This document shows positions 26,038 to 36,264 of a stretch of 64,000 bases of DNA, piece by piece. Source of the stretch: Candidatus Methylomirabilota bacterium (lineage in GTDB: Bacteria > Methylomirabilota > Methylomirabilia > Rokubacteriales > CSP1-6). How positions within the stretch are numbered: position 1 is the first letter of the stretch; each line of letters starts with the position of its first letter. Location of the stretch: assembly GCA_046727415.1 (NCBI GenBank), contig JBKPCO010000020.1, positions 659 through 64,658 on the forward strand, given 5' to 3'. The position numbers and the translations under genes are program-made. The notes under the pieces were generated by a model that was not told the origin of the DNA, did not search any database, and saw only the letters and a program-made list of their open reading frames with translations.

Positions 26038-27699
26038 TCAGAACGAATCAGGCGCGGCGGCGATTGCGTCGAGGTCGGCGCGCGTGTACGAGCCGAGGCT
26101 CCGGAAGTCGAGCTCGGTGTAGTTCTTGATCCAGCGCATCGCGATCTTGAGCGCCTTGCGGTAGCGCTCCTGCGTCTCGGCGCCCTGGTGTCGCGTCAAG
26201 ATGTCGGCGAGCTCCTCATTGAGCAGCTTTTTCACCAGGGCGAAGTCGTGCGCGGTGCTGCTGTTGGTCTCGCGCGCCCGATGGAGGATCCGCTGCGCGA
26301 TCTGCGCGACCGACATACGGCCGGTCGCCAGATCTTCCATCAGCGCCGGATGAATGCCGGGCTTGCCCTCGAGGCTGTCGATGCCTTTGGCGCCGCGGCC
26401 ACCGAGCCAGCCTTCCACGTACTCGATCAGCATCCGTGCGTTGCGCCGCGTGCCCTGGATGGTGACAGGGCCGTCTGGCACTTTGATGGCTACCGGGTAG
26501 TTGTCGGGGTTCGCCATCTGCTCCGTCGGCTTCCAGCCCGAGCCGATGAGCTTCTTGAACGGGTCGCTGGCGGTCTTCATGTGGAAGATGTGCGCCACCC
26601 AGCCGCGGATGAAGCCCTGTTCGGCTTCCCACTGCTTGTCGGCGCGGATCGCCTCGCCGGCCGCGCGATTCACCTCGGCGTCGGCGCTCGGGAGCGCGGT
26701 GGCCATGCCGCCGATCGGCACGGCGCCGCGCTTGAGGCAGACAGCGACGAGACGGCGGAAGATGTTCGCCAGAAACGGCGTGGTCTTGATGTCGACGCCG
26801 AAGCGATCGGGCCATACCTGGGCCGGATCGGTCATGATGAATTCGAAGATCGACGCCTTGAGATCCCAGCGGGCCGCGTTCAGCCCCGCCGCGTAGGGGC
26901 CGAGCTCGTAGAGCATCTCCTCCATCTCGTAGACGCACGGCAGGGACTCGACGAGCACAATCGCCCGGATGGTCGCGCTGGCCAGGAACGGCAGGTGCTC
27001 GCGGCTCACGTCGAACAGATCGCGGTACCAGCGCGCCTCGGCCGCGGCCTCGAGCTTCGGCAGGTAGAAGTAGATACCCTGGCCGCGGCCGGCCTGGGCC
27101 CGCCCGGCGTAGAAGAGCGTGAGGGCCGTGCCGAGGAGCGCCGCGTTGACGGGCGCGCCGTCGATGGTGACGTCCGGCTCGTCCAGGTGCATGCCGCGCT
27201 CGCGGTGCATGAAGAACGGTAGCTCGCCGTCGGCGATCTTGTAGTTCCGGTTGCGCTCGCGGTCGACGAAGGTGAGCTCGCGGTTCACGGCGGCCAGCCG
27301 ATTGTGCGCCGCACGCACGGTGTCGATCAGGCGGTGGCCGCCCGAGTCCTCGTCGTCGTCGAGGTCGCCGGCGGCGCGCTCGCCCTCGGGGCCCGGATTC
27401 AGCGCGTTGATGAACATCGACGTGATCGAGCACGGTCCCGAGATCTCGATACCCGGCCGCTTCAGCTCGTCGGGCATCGACGGGACCTGCCACGTCCCGG
27501 TGTTGGCCGCGCTGGCCGACGGGTGACTCGGCGGCGTGTGCTCGCGCAGCGCCCGCTCCAGCACCGCCCGCCGGCGGGCGCGGAGGTCGCGCGCGCGCGC
27601 GTCCAGGCGATCGTGCAGCCGCGTGAGGTAGTCGCAGAACGCGGGCGTGAGGAGCGTCGCCGCCCCTTCGACCGTGGCGAATTTCACTCGCGTCGACAT
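26038..27699 (-). CDS. aceB: malate synthase A
   Basis: ~553 aa with full-length resemblance to AceB (FYLPKLE, NAARWD, GGMAT). ATG at 27699; the track start at 27705 is an upstream GTG. Confidence 0.9.
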   Translation of the reverse strand: MSTRVKFATVEGAATLLTPAFCDYLTRLHDRLDARARDLRARRRAVLERALREHTPPSHPSASAANTGTWQVPSMPDELKRPGIEISGPCSITSMFINALNPGPEGERAAGDLDDDEDSGGHRLIDTVRAAHNRLAAVNRELTFVDRERNRNYKIADGELPFFMHRERGMHLDEPDVTIDGAPVNAALLGTALTLFYAGRAQAGRGQGIYFYLPKLEAAAEARWYRDLFDVSREHLPFLASATIRAIVLVESLPCVYEMEEMLYELGPYAAGLNAARWDLKASIFEFIMTDPAQVWPDRFGVDIKTTPFLANIFRRLVAVCLKRGAVPIGGMATALPSADAEVNRAAGEAIRADKQWEAEQGFIRGWVAHIFHMKTASDPFKKLIGSGWKPTEQMANPDNYPVAIKVPDGPVTIQGTRRNARMLIEYVEGWLGGRGAKGIDSLEGKPGIHPALMEDLATGRMSVAQIAQRILHRARETNSSTAHDFALVKKLLNEELADILTRHQGAETQERYRKALKIAMRWIKNYTELDFRSLGSYTRADLDAIAAAPDSF

Positions 27700-27765
27700 G
27701 AGCACCGAACTTTTCGCATGGCGACGACGCGGCTGTCAATGGCAGAATGCCCGCGGCTTTCCGGA

Positions 27766-28173
27766 ATGCGCGGGCGATTTCGTGGCATGGGCAAGGGACG
27801 CAAGACCCGTCGCGCCCTCGAGCGTGGCGGCGCGGGCCCGGCCAAGCGGCTCAACGAGACGCTGGCGGGGTGGTCGGGCGTGCGGATCACACCGATGTTC
27901 GGCCGGTGGAGCTACTTCGTGGGCGAGACGCTCTTCGGCTGCTTTCCCCTGCGCGAGAAGGAGCGCGACCTCTGGGTCCGCCTCGCCGAAGGGGACCAGG
28001 CCCGCGCCCTGACCGACCCCCGGATTCGTCCCCACCGGCGCTTCTCGAAGAAAGGCTGGGTCGAGCTCGACGTGGAAGGTGTCGAAGATCTGGGCCGGGC
28101 CCTCCGCTGGCTCCGCCGCGCTCACGCCGCCGCCACGCGCAGCCCGGCCGCCTCGGCGGACATCGACCTCTAG
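27766..28173 (+). CDS. small TfoX_N-like / DUF-type protein
   Basis: ITPMFGRWSYFVGETLFGCFPLREKERDLWVRL resembles the TfoX N-terminal domain pattern. Start uncertain (27766 or 27787). Its stop overlaps the convergent MFS stop (CTAG). Confidence 0.4.
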   Translation: MRGRFRGMGKGRKTRRALERGGAGPAKRLNETLAGWSGVRITPMFGRWSYFVGETLFGCFPLREKERDLWVRLAEGDQARALTDPRIRPHRRFSKKGWVELDVEGVEDLGRALRWLRRAHAAATRSPAASADIDL

Positions 28174-29483
28174 CTCGCGGGCGTCGCCTCGAGGGTGCTC
28201 GTCGCCTCGGCGCGGGCCTTGGCCTCGATGCGCTCGATCCGGACCAGCGGCACCAGCACCCACGTGAGCGCCGTCATCGCCGCCCCGATGACGACGAGCC
28301 AGCTGTAGCCGACGCGGTCGTACAGGCGCGCCCCGACGTTCTCCGCCAGCTGCACCCCCAGGTTGAACACCGACATGAGCAGCGCGAAAAACGTCGCCTC
28401 GACGTGGGCCGGGCATGCCTTGGCGGCCAGATCGAGAAACGCGAGCTGCATGATCATGCTGACCGCGCCGAACACGACGGTGATGAGTACGGCCGAGACG
28501 GTGTCGCGGTAGACGAGATACGCGAGCGTGCCGATGACGCCGAAGCCGATCGAGAGGTTGATGATGCGCTTGAGCGGCACGCGCCGGGAGAGCGGCGCGT
28601 AGACGACGGCCCCGATGACGCCGGCGAGCGCGCCGATCGCCGCGAGACGGCCGATGAACTGCTGGCTGAACTTCAGGGTGTCCGTCTGATAGTAAAGGAA
28701 CGCCGGGCCGAAGGACGGGCTGAACCAGAAGAAGAAGATGAAGCCCGCGACGATCCAGATCTCGCGGTGGCCCAGCGCGACCCAGATGGCCCGCCACGTC
28801 TCTAGAAACGCCGCCTTGTCCCTGCGTGCCACCGACTCGTGGATGAAGGTGCGCGCCATGAACAGGGAGATGAACGGAAAGCAGGCGGCGATGAGGAAGG
28901 CGGCGCGCAGGCTGCGCGTCTCCGCGAGGGAGCCGCCCAGCTCGCCGACCGCGATCGACGCGACGGTGACGCACGCCCACTGCACGGACTGGAACGCGCC
29001 GGTGAGACCGCGCGGCCGGCCGTTCTCGACCATCATCGCGTCGGTCAGCACGTCGGTGAACGCCAGGCCCAGCGCCATCAGGGTGAAGAGGCCGACGCCG
29101 GGGACGAGCGTGAACTTCACGCCCGGAAGGTCCAGGGTACGGATCGGGCCCACGGCGATGGCGTCGCCGGCCGCCAGGATGAGCCCCGCGATCGCCGCCA
29201 GTGAGGATGTGATCAGGAAGTAGCTCAGCCGCCGCCGGCCGAAGAGCGGCACGAAGTCGGACAGGAGCCCGTACACCGGCTTGATGAGCCACGGGATGAT
29301 CGTGATCAGGAAGAAATCGGCGACCTGGCCGGCGCTGAGCCCGCGCTCCTTGAGCACGATCGTGATCGTCTGGTTGGGCAGGTACCACATGCCCTGGGCG
29401 AAATAAACGACCCCGAAGAGAAGGGCCAGCCGGCGGGCGTCCGGGGTCTTGAAAGGGTTCAGCCGCCGGATCAGCGCGAGCAT
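28170..29483 (-). CDS. MFS transporter of the BT1 (folate-biopterin transporter) family
   Basis: LIKPVYGLLSDFVPLFGRRRLSYF is the BT1 signature, with ~12 TM segments. Start chosen at MLALIRRLNPF. Confidence 0.75.
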   Translation of the reverse strand: MLALIRRLNPFKTPDARRLALLFGVVYFAQGMWYLPNQTITIVLKERGLSAGQVADFFLITIIPWLIKPVYGLLSDFVPLFGRRRLSYFLITSSLAAIAGLILAAGDAIAVGPIRTLDLPGVKFTLVPGVGLFTLMALGLAFTDVLTDAMMVENGRPRGLTGAFQSVQWACVTVASIAVGELGGSLAETRSLRAAFLIAACFPFISLFMARTFIHESVARRDKAAFLETWRAIWVALGHREIWIVAGFIFFFWFSPSFGPAFLYYQTDTLKFSQQFIGRLAAIGALAGVIGAVVYAPLSRRVPLKRIINLSIGFGVIGTLAYLVYRDTVSAVLITVVFGAVSMIMQLAFLDLAAKACPAHVEATFFALLMSVFNLGVQLAENVGARLYDRVGYSWLVVIGAAMTALTWVLVPLVRIERIEAKARAEATSTLEATPAS

Positions 29484-29544
29484 CCGGGAGCCCATCATAC
29501 GCGGGTTCACGCAGCGATGTCGCTGCGATAGGATGGGCACCACG

Positions 29545-30426
29545 ATGAGCGGCGAAGCGGTCGGCACGGTCGTCTCGCTCTGGCGCTACCCCGTCAAGTC
29601 GATGATGGGCGAAGAGCTCAACGCCTGCGAGGTGACCGAGCGGGGGCTCTGCGGTGACCGCGCCTACGGACTGGTCGACCAGGAGACCGGAAAACTCGCG
29701 AGCGCGAAGCACCCGCGGAAGTGGGGCCGGCTCTTCGATTTCCGCGCCGACTTTGTCGAGCCGCCCCGGCTCGGCGCGCCGATGCCGCCGGTGCGAATCA
29801 CGTTTCCGCGCGGGACAAGCGTGACCAGCGAGGAGCCGGCCGTGAGCCGCCTGCTCTCGGAGGCCCTCGGGCGTTCGGTGGTTCTGATGTCGAGCGCCCC
29901 GGCCGACAGCTCCTTCGAGGAGGTCTGGCCCGAGGTCAAGGGTGGGCGGCTCTACGGCACGGTGATGCCCCAGCGGGAGGAAGGTGACCGCGTCACGGAC
30001 GTGCCGGCGGCCTTCCGCGCGCCCGCCGGAACGTTCTTCGATTTCTGCGCGATCCACCTCCTCACGACCAATACGCTCGATCGCCTGCGCGAGCTCGCGC
30101 CAGCGCAGCGCTTCGAGGCGCGCCGCTTCCGCCCAAACCTCGTCGTGGAGGTGCCCGACCATCGCGGGTTCGTCGAGAACGACTGGTCGCGCCGCGTCGT
30201 CACTGTCGGTGAGGCACGCCTCAAGGTCATCATTCCCACCGCTCGCTGTGTGATGACTACGCTCAGGCAGGGCGATCTGCCGCGCGATCCCGGCGTGCTG
30301 CGCGCGATGGCCGAGCACAACCGGATTCGGGCCGGCGGTCTGGGCGAGCTTCCCTGCGCCGGGGTGTACGCATTCGTGATGACGCCGGGCACGGTCCGGC
30401 GCGGCGATCCGGTTCGCGTCGAGTAG
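29545..30426 (+). CDS. MOSC domain protein (YcbX-like, with N-terminal beta-barrel)
   Basis: VVSLWRYPVKSMMGEEL is the MOSC_N motif and the C-terminal ...CAGVYAFVMTPGTVRRGDPV the MOSC motif. Start at MSGEAVG. Confidence 0.85.
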   Translation: MSGEAVGTVVSLWRYPVKSMMGEELNACEVTERGLCGDRAYGLVDQETGKLASAKHPRKWGRLFDFRADFVEPPRLGAPMPPVRITFPRGTSVTSEEPAVSRLLSEALGRSVVLMSSAPADSSFEEVWPEVKGGRLYGTVMPQREEGDRVTDVPAAFRAPAGTFFDFCAIHLLTTNTLDRLRELAPAQRFEARRFRPNLVVEVPDHRGFVENDWSRRVVTVGEARLKVIIPTARCVMTTLRQGDLPRDPGVLRAMAEHNRIRAGGLGELPCAGVYAFVMTPGTVRRGDPVRVE

Positions 30427-30452
30427 CGCCCGGCGCGGCTCCGGCCGGGCGC
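30426..30452. terminator. 9-bp GC stem-loop between convergent MOSC and hpnN genes
   Basis: gcgcccggc-N9-gccgggcgc. Confidence 0.4.
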
Positions 30453-30469
30453 CGTCGGCGATCGGCCTC

Positions 30470-33253
30470 TCAGCGGGTCCGGTCGATATCGTGGCCGGCG
30501 GCGGCGAGGGGCGTGTCCGGAGTCCCGCGGACGGGGCTCGGCGCGATGGCCGGGCGGCCCGGCATCGCCTGGAGCAGCACCGGAAGCACGACGAGCGCCG
30601 CGATGAGGCTCGTCGTGGTGCCGAGCGTGAGCAAGAGGCCGAGCCCGAAGATGCCGCGATGGTCGGCGATCATCAGGCTGCCGAAGCCGGCGATGGTCGT
30701 GAGGCCGCTGACCAGCACCGCCATCACCGTCGAGCGCGCGATCAGCGGACCGCCGCGATCGCGGCCCTCGCGATAGCGCATCACGATGTTCAGCCCGTAC
30801 TCTGCGGCGGCGCCGAGGATCAGCGGCAGGCCGAAGACGTTGCCCATGTTGAACTTGAGGCCGAAGAAGTACATGAGCCCGAACGCCCACATGAGGCCGA
30901 GGCCGAGCGGCAGGAGTGCCAGAGCCGTATCGCGGAGCCGTCGCAGCGTCAAAGCGGTGGCGAGCGAGACGAGCAGGATCGCGTAGACCATGCCCTGCTG
31001 GTAGGCGCGCTCCATCAGGCGCAGCGCCTCGAACGTGATGATCGGAGTGCCGGTGACCTCCGGATCGGCCGCGCGAAGGTCGGTGACGAAGCGCCGGGCG
31101 CCGTCCCGGTCCCAGATGTCGACGGCCGGATGGATCTGCAGAAGGAACCGCCCGGTGTCGCTCACGAACTTGGCCCGGAGCTCCTTCGGGACGTCGGCGA
31201 GCCCGATCTGGCGTGGCGCGAGGTTGTCCTGGAGCCGCTGGAAGCTCTTCACGAAGTCGTGATAGAGCTGGTTCTGCAGGTGCGTGAGCGCAGGCTCGCT
31301 CACCTGGACGTCGGTCTGCCGAATCTTGCGAATCAACCGCCCGATGTCGTCGACGACGATCCGGAGCTTGGTCTTGGCGTCGCCCTCTGGGGCTTCGGCG
31401 GCCGCCAGCCCGAAGCGTCGGTTGAGCGTCTCGAGGGCGGTGAGGAGCCGGCCGAGGTTCACCGACGTGGGCCGCCCGATCCGGACCGGCGCCACCAGTG
31501 GCGCGAAGTCGCCGATGATCTTGAGCTTCGCGGGCTGGTCGTCCGGAATCAGGAGCAGCACCGAGTCCACCTCCGACACGGTCGGAAGCGCGCGGAAGGC
31601 GGCGTTCTTCTTTCGGAGCTCCTCGATCGAGTCGGCGCTGGCGAGAGCCGCGAACGCCGAGCGCCGCGCCGTCGCCAGCACGCGCTTCTCCCAGTAGACG
31701 GACTCGGTTCCAAAGGCCTGCAGGTTGAGCAGGTTGTAGTCGAACTCGATGTAGCGCAGGCCCCACGCCGACACGGCCGTCAGCACGAGGGCCATGAGGG
31801 CGACCGTCTTCGGGTACGCGACGAGCCGCTCCACGAAGGGCACGTGGATGCGCTCGAGCGCCAGCGCGCGCGGAATCGTGCCGGCCGGCCGGCTTGCGTG
31901 ACGCCGGTCGACCAGGACGAGCATCGCCGGGAGCACGGTGATCATGGCGAGCCACGCCAGCAGAAGGGCCGTGCCGGCGATGAATCCGAGCTCGCGCACG
32001 CCGCGGAAGTCGGTGAGCCACAGAACGTAGAAGGTGCCGCCCGCCGTCACGGCGCCCAGCAGCATGCCCGGACCGCTGCGCCGGGCCGTGATCTCAATCG
32101 CCTCGCGCAGGTTGCGGCCGAGAAACAGCTCTTCCTCGTAGCGGAAGAGGAAGTAGATGCCGTAGTCGATGCCGATGCCGATCACGATCGAGATGAACAT
32201 GACCGAGAAGAGCGAGAGGTGCCCGATCACCAGGGTGGCGACCCCGATCGACCAGCAGAGGCTCATAGCGAGGACCGCCAGCATCAGGACCGGCTTGCCG
32301 ACGCGCAGGAACGCCACGAGCAACAGGCCAAGGGTAAGGGCGAACGCGATGAGCGTGGCCCGTCCGCTGTCGCGGAACGCCGCTACCATCTCGTCGTTCT
32401 GGAGCGCCGGCTTGCCGGTCACGCCGACCGCAACCTCGGGGAACTCGCCCCGAAGCGAGGCGATCGCCGCGCGGATTCCGTCGATCGCGTGCTGGTCGCC
32501 GGTGAAGCTCCCGCGCTCGGTATCCGGCTCGGCCAGGATGAAGAGCAGCCGCTGGTCCTCGGACAGGAAGTAACCGGCGCCCGGGTGGTCGTCGCCGTCC
32601 ACGGCGAAGAGCGTCCCGAACGGCGACCGGTACGGCCCCGGCCGATCGAGCCGCGCCGCGATCTGAGCGATCAGATCCTGGACGAATCGCAGATCGGCGG
32701 CGCCCTTGCCGTCGTTGAGCCCGAGGTCGATGAAGTGCGAGACGAAGGCAGTCGCGATCTGGGTGCCCATGCCCTCCACCAGCTGGTCGAGGGTCGGCCG
32801 CGCCGCGAACGCCTCCATGAACTCCTGGTAGTCGAAGATCTTGTCGCGGATCGCGGCCAGCTTCTCCTGCGACAGATAGAGGAGCGCACGCCCCTCGAAC
32901 TGCTTGGGGTCGATCCGGTAGGAAATCTGCTTGAGCGGTACGCTGGTCTCGCCGAGCGCGCGGACGAGGCGGTTCGCGTACATCGTCGCCTCGGGCAGGG
33001 AGGGGGCCTCGACGACGATGGCGATGCTCTCGAGATCGGCGAACTCCCGGTCGTACTGGGTGAAGCGCTCGACGTAGGGCCGGCCCGGCGGCAGGAGCGA
33101 CCGGGTCGAGGTGGCGAAGGTGAGGGTGGTGAGCGCGTAGAGCAGCGAAACGATCGCCAGCGAGACGGCGATGGCGACGGTCAGGGCGGGTCGCGCGCAG
33201 CCCAGCCGGACGAGCCGGCGGAGCGGGCGACCGATCCGTTCGGCGAGCGGCAC
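30470..33253 (-). CDS. hpnN: RND/MMPL-type hopanoid transporter HpnN
   Basis: 927 aa with a duplicated 6-TM plus large-loop RND architecture. N-terminus PLRRLVRLGCARPALTVAIAV...YVERFTQYDREF resembles HpnN. Lies in the hopanoid locus. The GTG start abuts the ino1 TAG. Confidence 0.8.
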   Translation of the reverse strand: MPLAERIGRPLRRLVRLGCARPALTVAIAVSLAIVSLLYALTTLTFATSTRSLLPPGRPYVERFTQYDREFADLESIAIVVEAPSLPEATMYANRLVRALGETSVPLKQISYRIDPKQFEGRALLYLSQEKLAAIRDKIFDYQEFMEAFAARPTLDQLVEGMGTQIATAFVSHFIDLGLNDGKGAADLRFVQDLIAQIAARLDRPGPYRSPFGTLFAVDGDDHPGAGYFLSEDQRLLFILAEPDTERGSFTGDQHAIDGIRAAIASLRGEFPEVAVGVTGKPALQNDEMVAAFRDSGRATLIAFALTLGLLLVAFLRVGKPVLMLAVLAMSLCWSIGVATLVIGHLSLFSVMFISIVIGIGIDYGIYFLFRYEEELFLGRNLREAIEITARRSGPGMLLGAVTAGGTFYVLWLTDFRGVRELGFIAGTALLLAWLAMITVLPAMLVLVDRRHASRPAGTIPRALALERIHVPFVERLVAYPKTVALMALVLTAVSAWGLRYIEFDYNLLNLQAFGTESVYWEKRVLATARRSAFAALASADSIEELRKKNAAFRALPTVSEVDSVLLLIPDDQPAKLKIIGDFAPLVAPVRIGRPTSVNLGRLLTALETLNRRFGLAAAEAPEGDAKTKLRIVVDDIGRLIRKIRQTDVQVSEPALTHLQNQLYHDFVKSFQRLQDNLAPRQIGLADVPKELRAKFVSDTGRFLLQIHPAVDIWDRDGARRFVTDLRAADPEVTGTPIITFEALRLMERAYQQGMVYAILLVSLATALTLRRLRDTALALLPLGLGLMWAFGLMYFFGLKFNMGNVFGLPLILGAAAEYGLNIVMRYREGRDRGGPLIARSTVMAVLVSGLTTIAGFGSLMIADHRGIFGLGLLLTLGTTTSLIAALVVLPVLLQAMPGRPAIAPSPVRGTPDTPLAAAGHDIDRTR

Positions 33254-34327
33254 CTACTCGTCGCCGGCGATGAACCGCTCGAGCCGCCGGTGGGCGGTGT
33301 CGTCGGTCCACTGCTCGGGCGGCGACTTCATCAGGTAGGCCGAGGGCGCCAGCAGGGCGCCCTTGATGCCGCGATCGAGCGCGATCTTGCAGCTCCGAAT
33401 CGCGTCGATGACGACGCCCGCGGAGTTCGGCGAGTCCCACACCTCGAGCTTCAGCTCGACGTTGATGGGCTGATCGCCGAAGCCCGAACCCTCGAGCCGG
33501 ATGTGCGCCCACTTGCGGTCGGCCAGCCAGGGCACGTAGTCGCTGGGGCCGATGTGGACGGCGTCGGCCGGCAGCTCGTGGCCGAGCTGCGAGCGGACAG
33601 AATCCGTCTTCGAGATCTTCTTCGACGTCAGCCGGTCGCGCTCGAGCATGTTGTAGAAGTCGGTGTTGCCGCCGAAGTTCAGCTGGCTCGTCCGGTCAAG
33701 TCGCACGCCGCGGTCCATGAACAGATTTGTCAGCACTCGGTGGATGATGGTCGCGCCCACCTGCGACTTCACGTCGTCGCCGACCAGCGGGAGCCCGCGC
33801 TCCTCGAACCGGCGACGCCAGTACTGCTCGCGAGCAATGAACACCGGGATGCAGTTGACGAAGGCGCAGCCGGCGTCGAGGATCTGCTCGACGTACCACT
33901 TGGTCGCCATCTCGCTGCCCACCGGCAGGAAGTTGACGACGACGTTGGTGTTGGTGTCGCGCAGAATGCCGGCGATGTCGGCGGTGGAGCCCGGGGCCTT
34001 TTTGATCATTTGCGAGAGGTAGTGCCCGAGGCCGTCGTGGGTCATCCCGCGCTGGACCGGCACGCCGAGGTGCCCGACGTCGGCGAACTTCACCGTGTTG
34101 TTGGGCGCCTGGTAGATCGCCTCGCCGAGATCACGGCCGACCTTGCGCTCGTCGATGTCGAAGGCGGCGGAGAACTCGATGTCGCGGACGTGGTAGCCCC
34201 CGAGCCTGGGATGCATGAGCCCGGGAATGAATCGGTCGTCCGGCGCGTTCTTGTAGTACTCCACACCCTGGACGAGAGCCGACGCGCAGTTTCCGACGCC
34301 GATGATCGCGACTCTGACGGATCCCAC
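33254..34327 (-). CDS. ino1: myo-inositol-1-phosphate synthase
   Basis: [25 protein letters not shown] is the N-terminus of bacterial/archaeal MIPS. GTG at 34327 with GAGGAGG 6 nt upstream; the track ORF is 20 codons longer. Confidence 0.9.
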   Translation of the reverse strand: MGSVRVAIIGVGNCASALVQGVEYYKNAPDDRFIPGLMHPRLGGYHVRDIEFSAAFDIDERKVGRDLGEAIYQAPNNTVKFADVGHLGVPVQRGMTHDGLGHYLSQMIKKAPGSTADIAGILRDTNTNVVVNFLPVGSEMATKWYVEQILDAGCAFVNCIPVFIAREQYWRRRFEERGLPLVGDDVKSQVGATIIHRVLTNLFMDRGVRLDRTSQLNFGGNTDFYNMLERDRLTSKKISKTDSVRSQLGHELPADAVHIGPSDYVPWLADRKWAHIRLEGSGFGDQPINVELKLEVWDSPNSAGVVIDAIRSCKIALDRGIKGALLAPSAYLMKSPPEQWTDDTAHRRLERFIAGDE

Positions 34328-34432
34328 GAACGCCTCCTCAGCAGTAGGTCGGTCGAGCGGGGTCTTGAATTGCCGTAAGTCTAACACAGCGATCGAGGCT
34401 TTCCGGAATCGGGACGGCCGCGGCGCGCCTCA

Positions 34433-35626
34433 TCAGCCGCTCACCGCGCGGCGGAATCGGTCGCGGATGGCCTCGGGACCGTGCGGAATCCGCGGCGACG
34501 GGGTCTCCACCGAGGTGACCTTGGCCAGGATGAAGTGCGGACCCTCCGCGGTGCGCGCCCTCCGCACGGCCGCCGCGATCTCGTCCGCGGTGGTCACCGC
34601 CGTCGCCGTGAGGTATCCCGCGCCGCGGGCCAGCCGATCGAGCCGGACGTCGCGCGAGAGCGAGCGCTGGCCGCCGGTCGAGCCGTAGACCTCGTTGTCG
34701 AAGACGAGGTGGACGAAGTTGCGCGGGCCGAGGCTGCCGACCATGGCGAGGGTGCCGAGGCTCATCAAGAGGTTGCCGTCGCCGTCGAAGACCACGCATG
34801 CGACCGCCGGCCGCGCCAGCGCGAGCCCGAGCCCGATCGCGGAGGCCATGCCCATCGAGCCGATCATGTAGAAGTTCTGCGGCCGGTCGTCGATCGCGCA
34901 CGATTCGCGACAGATGTAGCCGTTGGCATGAATCACCGGCTCCGCCGAGAGCTCCTTGATCGCCACCGCGATGGCCTCCGCGCGTGAGATCACCGGGGTC
35001 AGCTCGTCATGCTCGGGGGCGGGCGTCGCCGCGGCCGTTTCGCGGCCAACGCGCGACGGCGAAAAGCCGCTCGCCGTGACGGACGCCCCACCGTGCGGAC
35101 CGGAGCTCCGGTGCTCCGCACCAGCCGCGACGACGCCCGGGGGTACGAGGAGCGCGACGGGGCTCGTGCGCGCGTTCATCTCGCGCGCGGCCCAGGCGAC
35201 GAGCTCGCCGGCATGAGCGGCATCGAGAGTGCGATAGGGGATGCGGAGCAGGTCGAGGAGGCTCGGCGTGATCTCGCCGGTCAGGATGTGCTCGGGGGCG
35301 TCCCGACCGCCGAAGCCGCGCCAGGTGACGATCAAGAGCGACGGAAATCCGTACATGAGCGACAGGGACGCGAGCGCGTTGAGGCTCGTGCCGAGCCCGG
35401 AATTCTGCATGATCACCGCGGGCCGCCGGCCGCCGAGCCAGGCGCCGGCGGCGAGCCCGACGGCGACGTCCTCGCGCACCGCCGGAATCCAGGGAGCGGG
35501 CCGGTCGCCCTCGAGCGCGACGATGAGGTCCTCGACCAGCGAGCAGGGGACGCCCGTGTAGAAGTCGAAGCCGTGGTGGTCGAGAAGCGCGGCGAGCTCG
35601 GGCCCCGACAGGTCCGCCGCGCTCAC
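34433..35626 (-). CDS. TPP-dependent decarboxylase of the phosphonopyruvate/sulfopyruvate decarboxylase family (fused alpha-beta)
   Basis: LSGPELAALLDHHGFDFYTGVPCSLVEDL is the N-terminal motif and GSMGMASAIGLGLA...DGDGNLLM the TPP-binding motif. The GTG start overlaps the hpnM TGA. Confidence 0.7.
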   Translation of the reverse strand: MSAADLSGPELAALLDHHGFDFYTGVPCSLVEDLIVALEGDRPAPWIPAVREDVAVGLAAGAWLGGRRPAVIMQNSGLGTSLNALASLSLMYGFPSLLIVTWRGFGGRDAPEHILTGEITPSLLDLLRIPYRTLDAAHAGELVAWAAREMNARTSPVALLVPPGVVAAGAEHRSSGPHGGASVTASGFSPSRVGRETAAATPAPEHDELTPVISRAEAIAVAIKELSAEPVIHANGYICRESCAIDDRPQNFYMIGSMGMASAIGLGLALARPAVACVVFDGDGNLLMSLGTLAMVGSLGPRNFVHLVFDNEVYGSTGGQRSLSRDVRLDRLARGAGYLTATAVTTADEIAAAVRRARTAEGPHFILAKVTSVETPSPRIPHGPEAIRDRFRRAVSG

Positions 35627-36258
35627 CGCTGCGAGGTCCGCTTCTCTTCCTGGATGAACTCCTCCTGCTTGGTTTTCATCTTCTTCACGAGCTCCTGGTA
35701 CGACGAGGTCGTGATGATCTTGTTGAACTGAGTGCGGTAGTTCGAGATCAGGCTGACGCCCTCGATGAGGACGTCGTAGACGAGCCACTGGTCGCCCCGC
35801 TGGTGCATTCGGTAGTCGATGGGGATCTCGGTTTCCTGCTTCGTGATCAGGCGCGTCTTGACGATGGCGCCGTCAGGGTCGACGGCCTCGCCCACGAACC
35901 TGATCTTCTCCCCACCGTAGAGCTCGATCTTCGAGATGTAGGAGCGCTCGAGCAGATCGGCGAAGAGCTGGACGAACTCGTCGCGCTCGGCCTGCGAGCG
36001 GGCCGCCCAGTGCCGCGCGAGCGAGCGCTTAGCCGTCTCGCCGAAGTCGAAGATGTCGTTGGCCACCTGACGAACCGCAGCGCGGCGTTCCCGGGTCTTG
36101 CCCGGCTTCTTGAGCTCCGGATCGTCGAGGATCTTGATCGTCCGATTGATCTGGCCCCTGAGCTGGTCGGTGGGCGCACCCGCCCAGACCTTCCCCAGGT
36201 CGGGGGCCACCAGCAGCAGAGCGGCGGCGAGCGCGAGCGTGCGGGCGAACATGACCAT
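35623..36258 (-). CDS. hpnM: MlaC/Ttg2D-family lipid-binding periplasmic protein (HpnM-type)
   Basis: 211 aa. Signal peptide MVMFARTLALAAALLLVAP. Ttg2D-like body (FDFGETAKRSLARHW...FVQLFADLLERSYI). Confidence 0.75.
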   Translation of the reverse strand: MVMFARTLALAAALLLVAPDLGKVWAGAPTDQLRGQINRTIKILDDPELKKPGKTRERRAAVRQVANDIFDFGETAKRSLARHWAARSQAERDEFVQLFADLLERSYISKIELYGGEKIRFVGEAVDPDGAIVKTRLITKQETEIPIDYRMHQRGDQWLVYDVLIEGVSLISNYRTQFNKIITTSSYQELVKKMKTKQEEFIQEEKRTSQR

Positions 36259-36264
36259 CTCCTC

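Noticed and set aside
28170-28173. Convergent overlapping stop codons (CTAG) of the TfoX_N-like and MFS genes as a special signal
   Set aside because: Palindromic CTAG naturally encodes TAG on both strands. This is probably just compaction.
27736-34378. ORFs 27736-30318 (860 aa), 29952-32021 (689 aa), 30491-34378 (1295 aa) and 32094-33512
   Set aside because: Shadows or alternative frames of the MFS, MOSC, hpnN and ino1 genes. Extreme Arg/Gly/Pro/Asp content, no motifs.
34433-35626. Phosphonate biosynthesis cluster
   Set aside because: No PEP mutase, aminotransferase or other phosphonate gene is adjacent. A single Ppd/ComDE-like gene is insufficient to claim the pathway.
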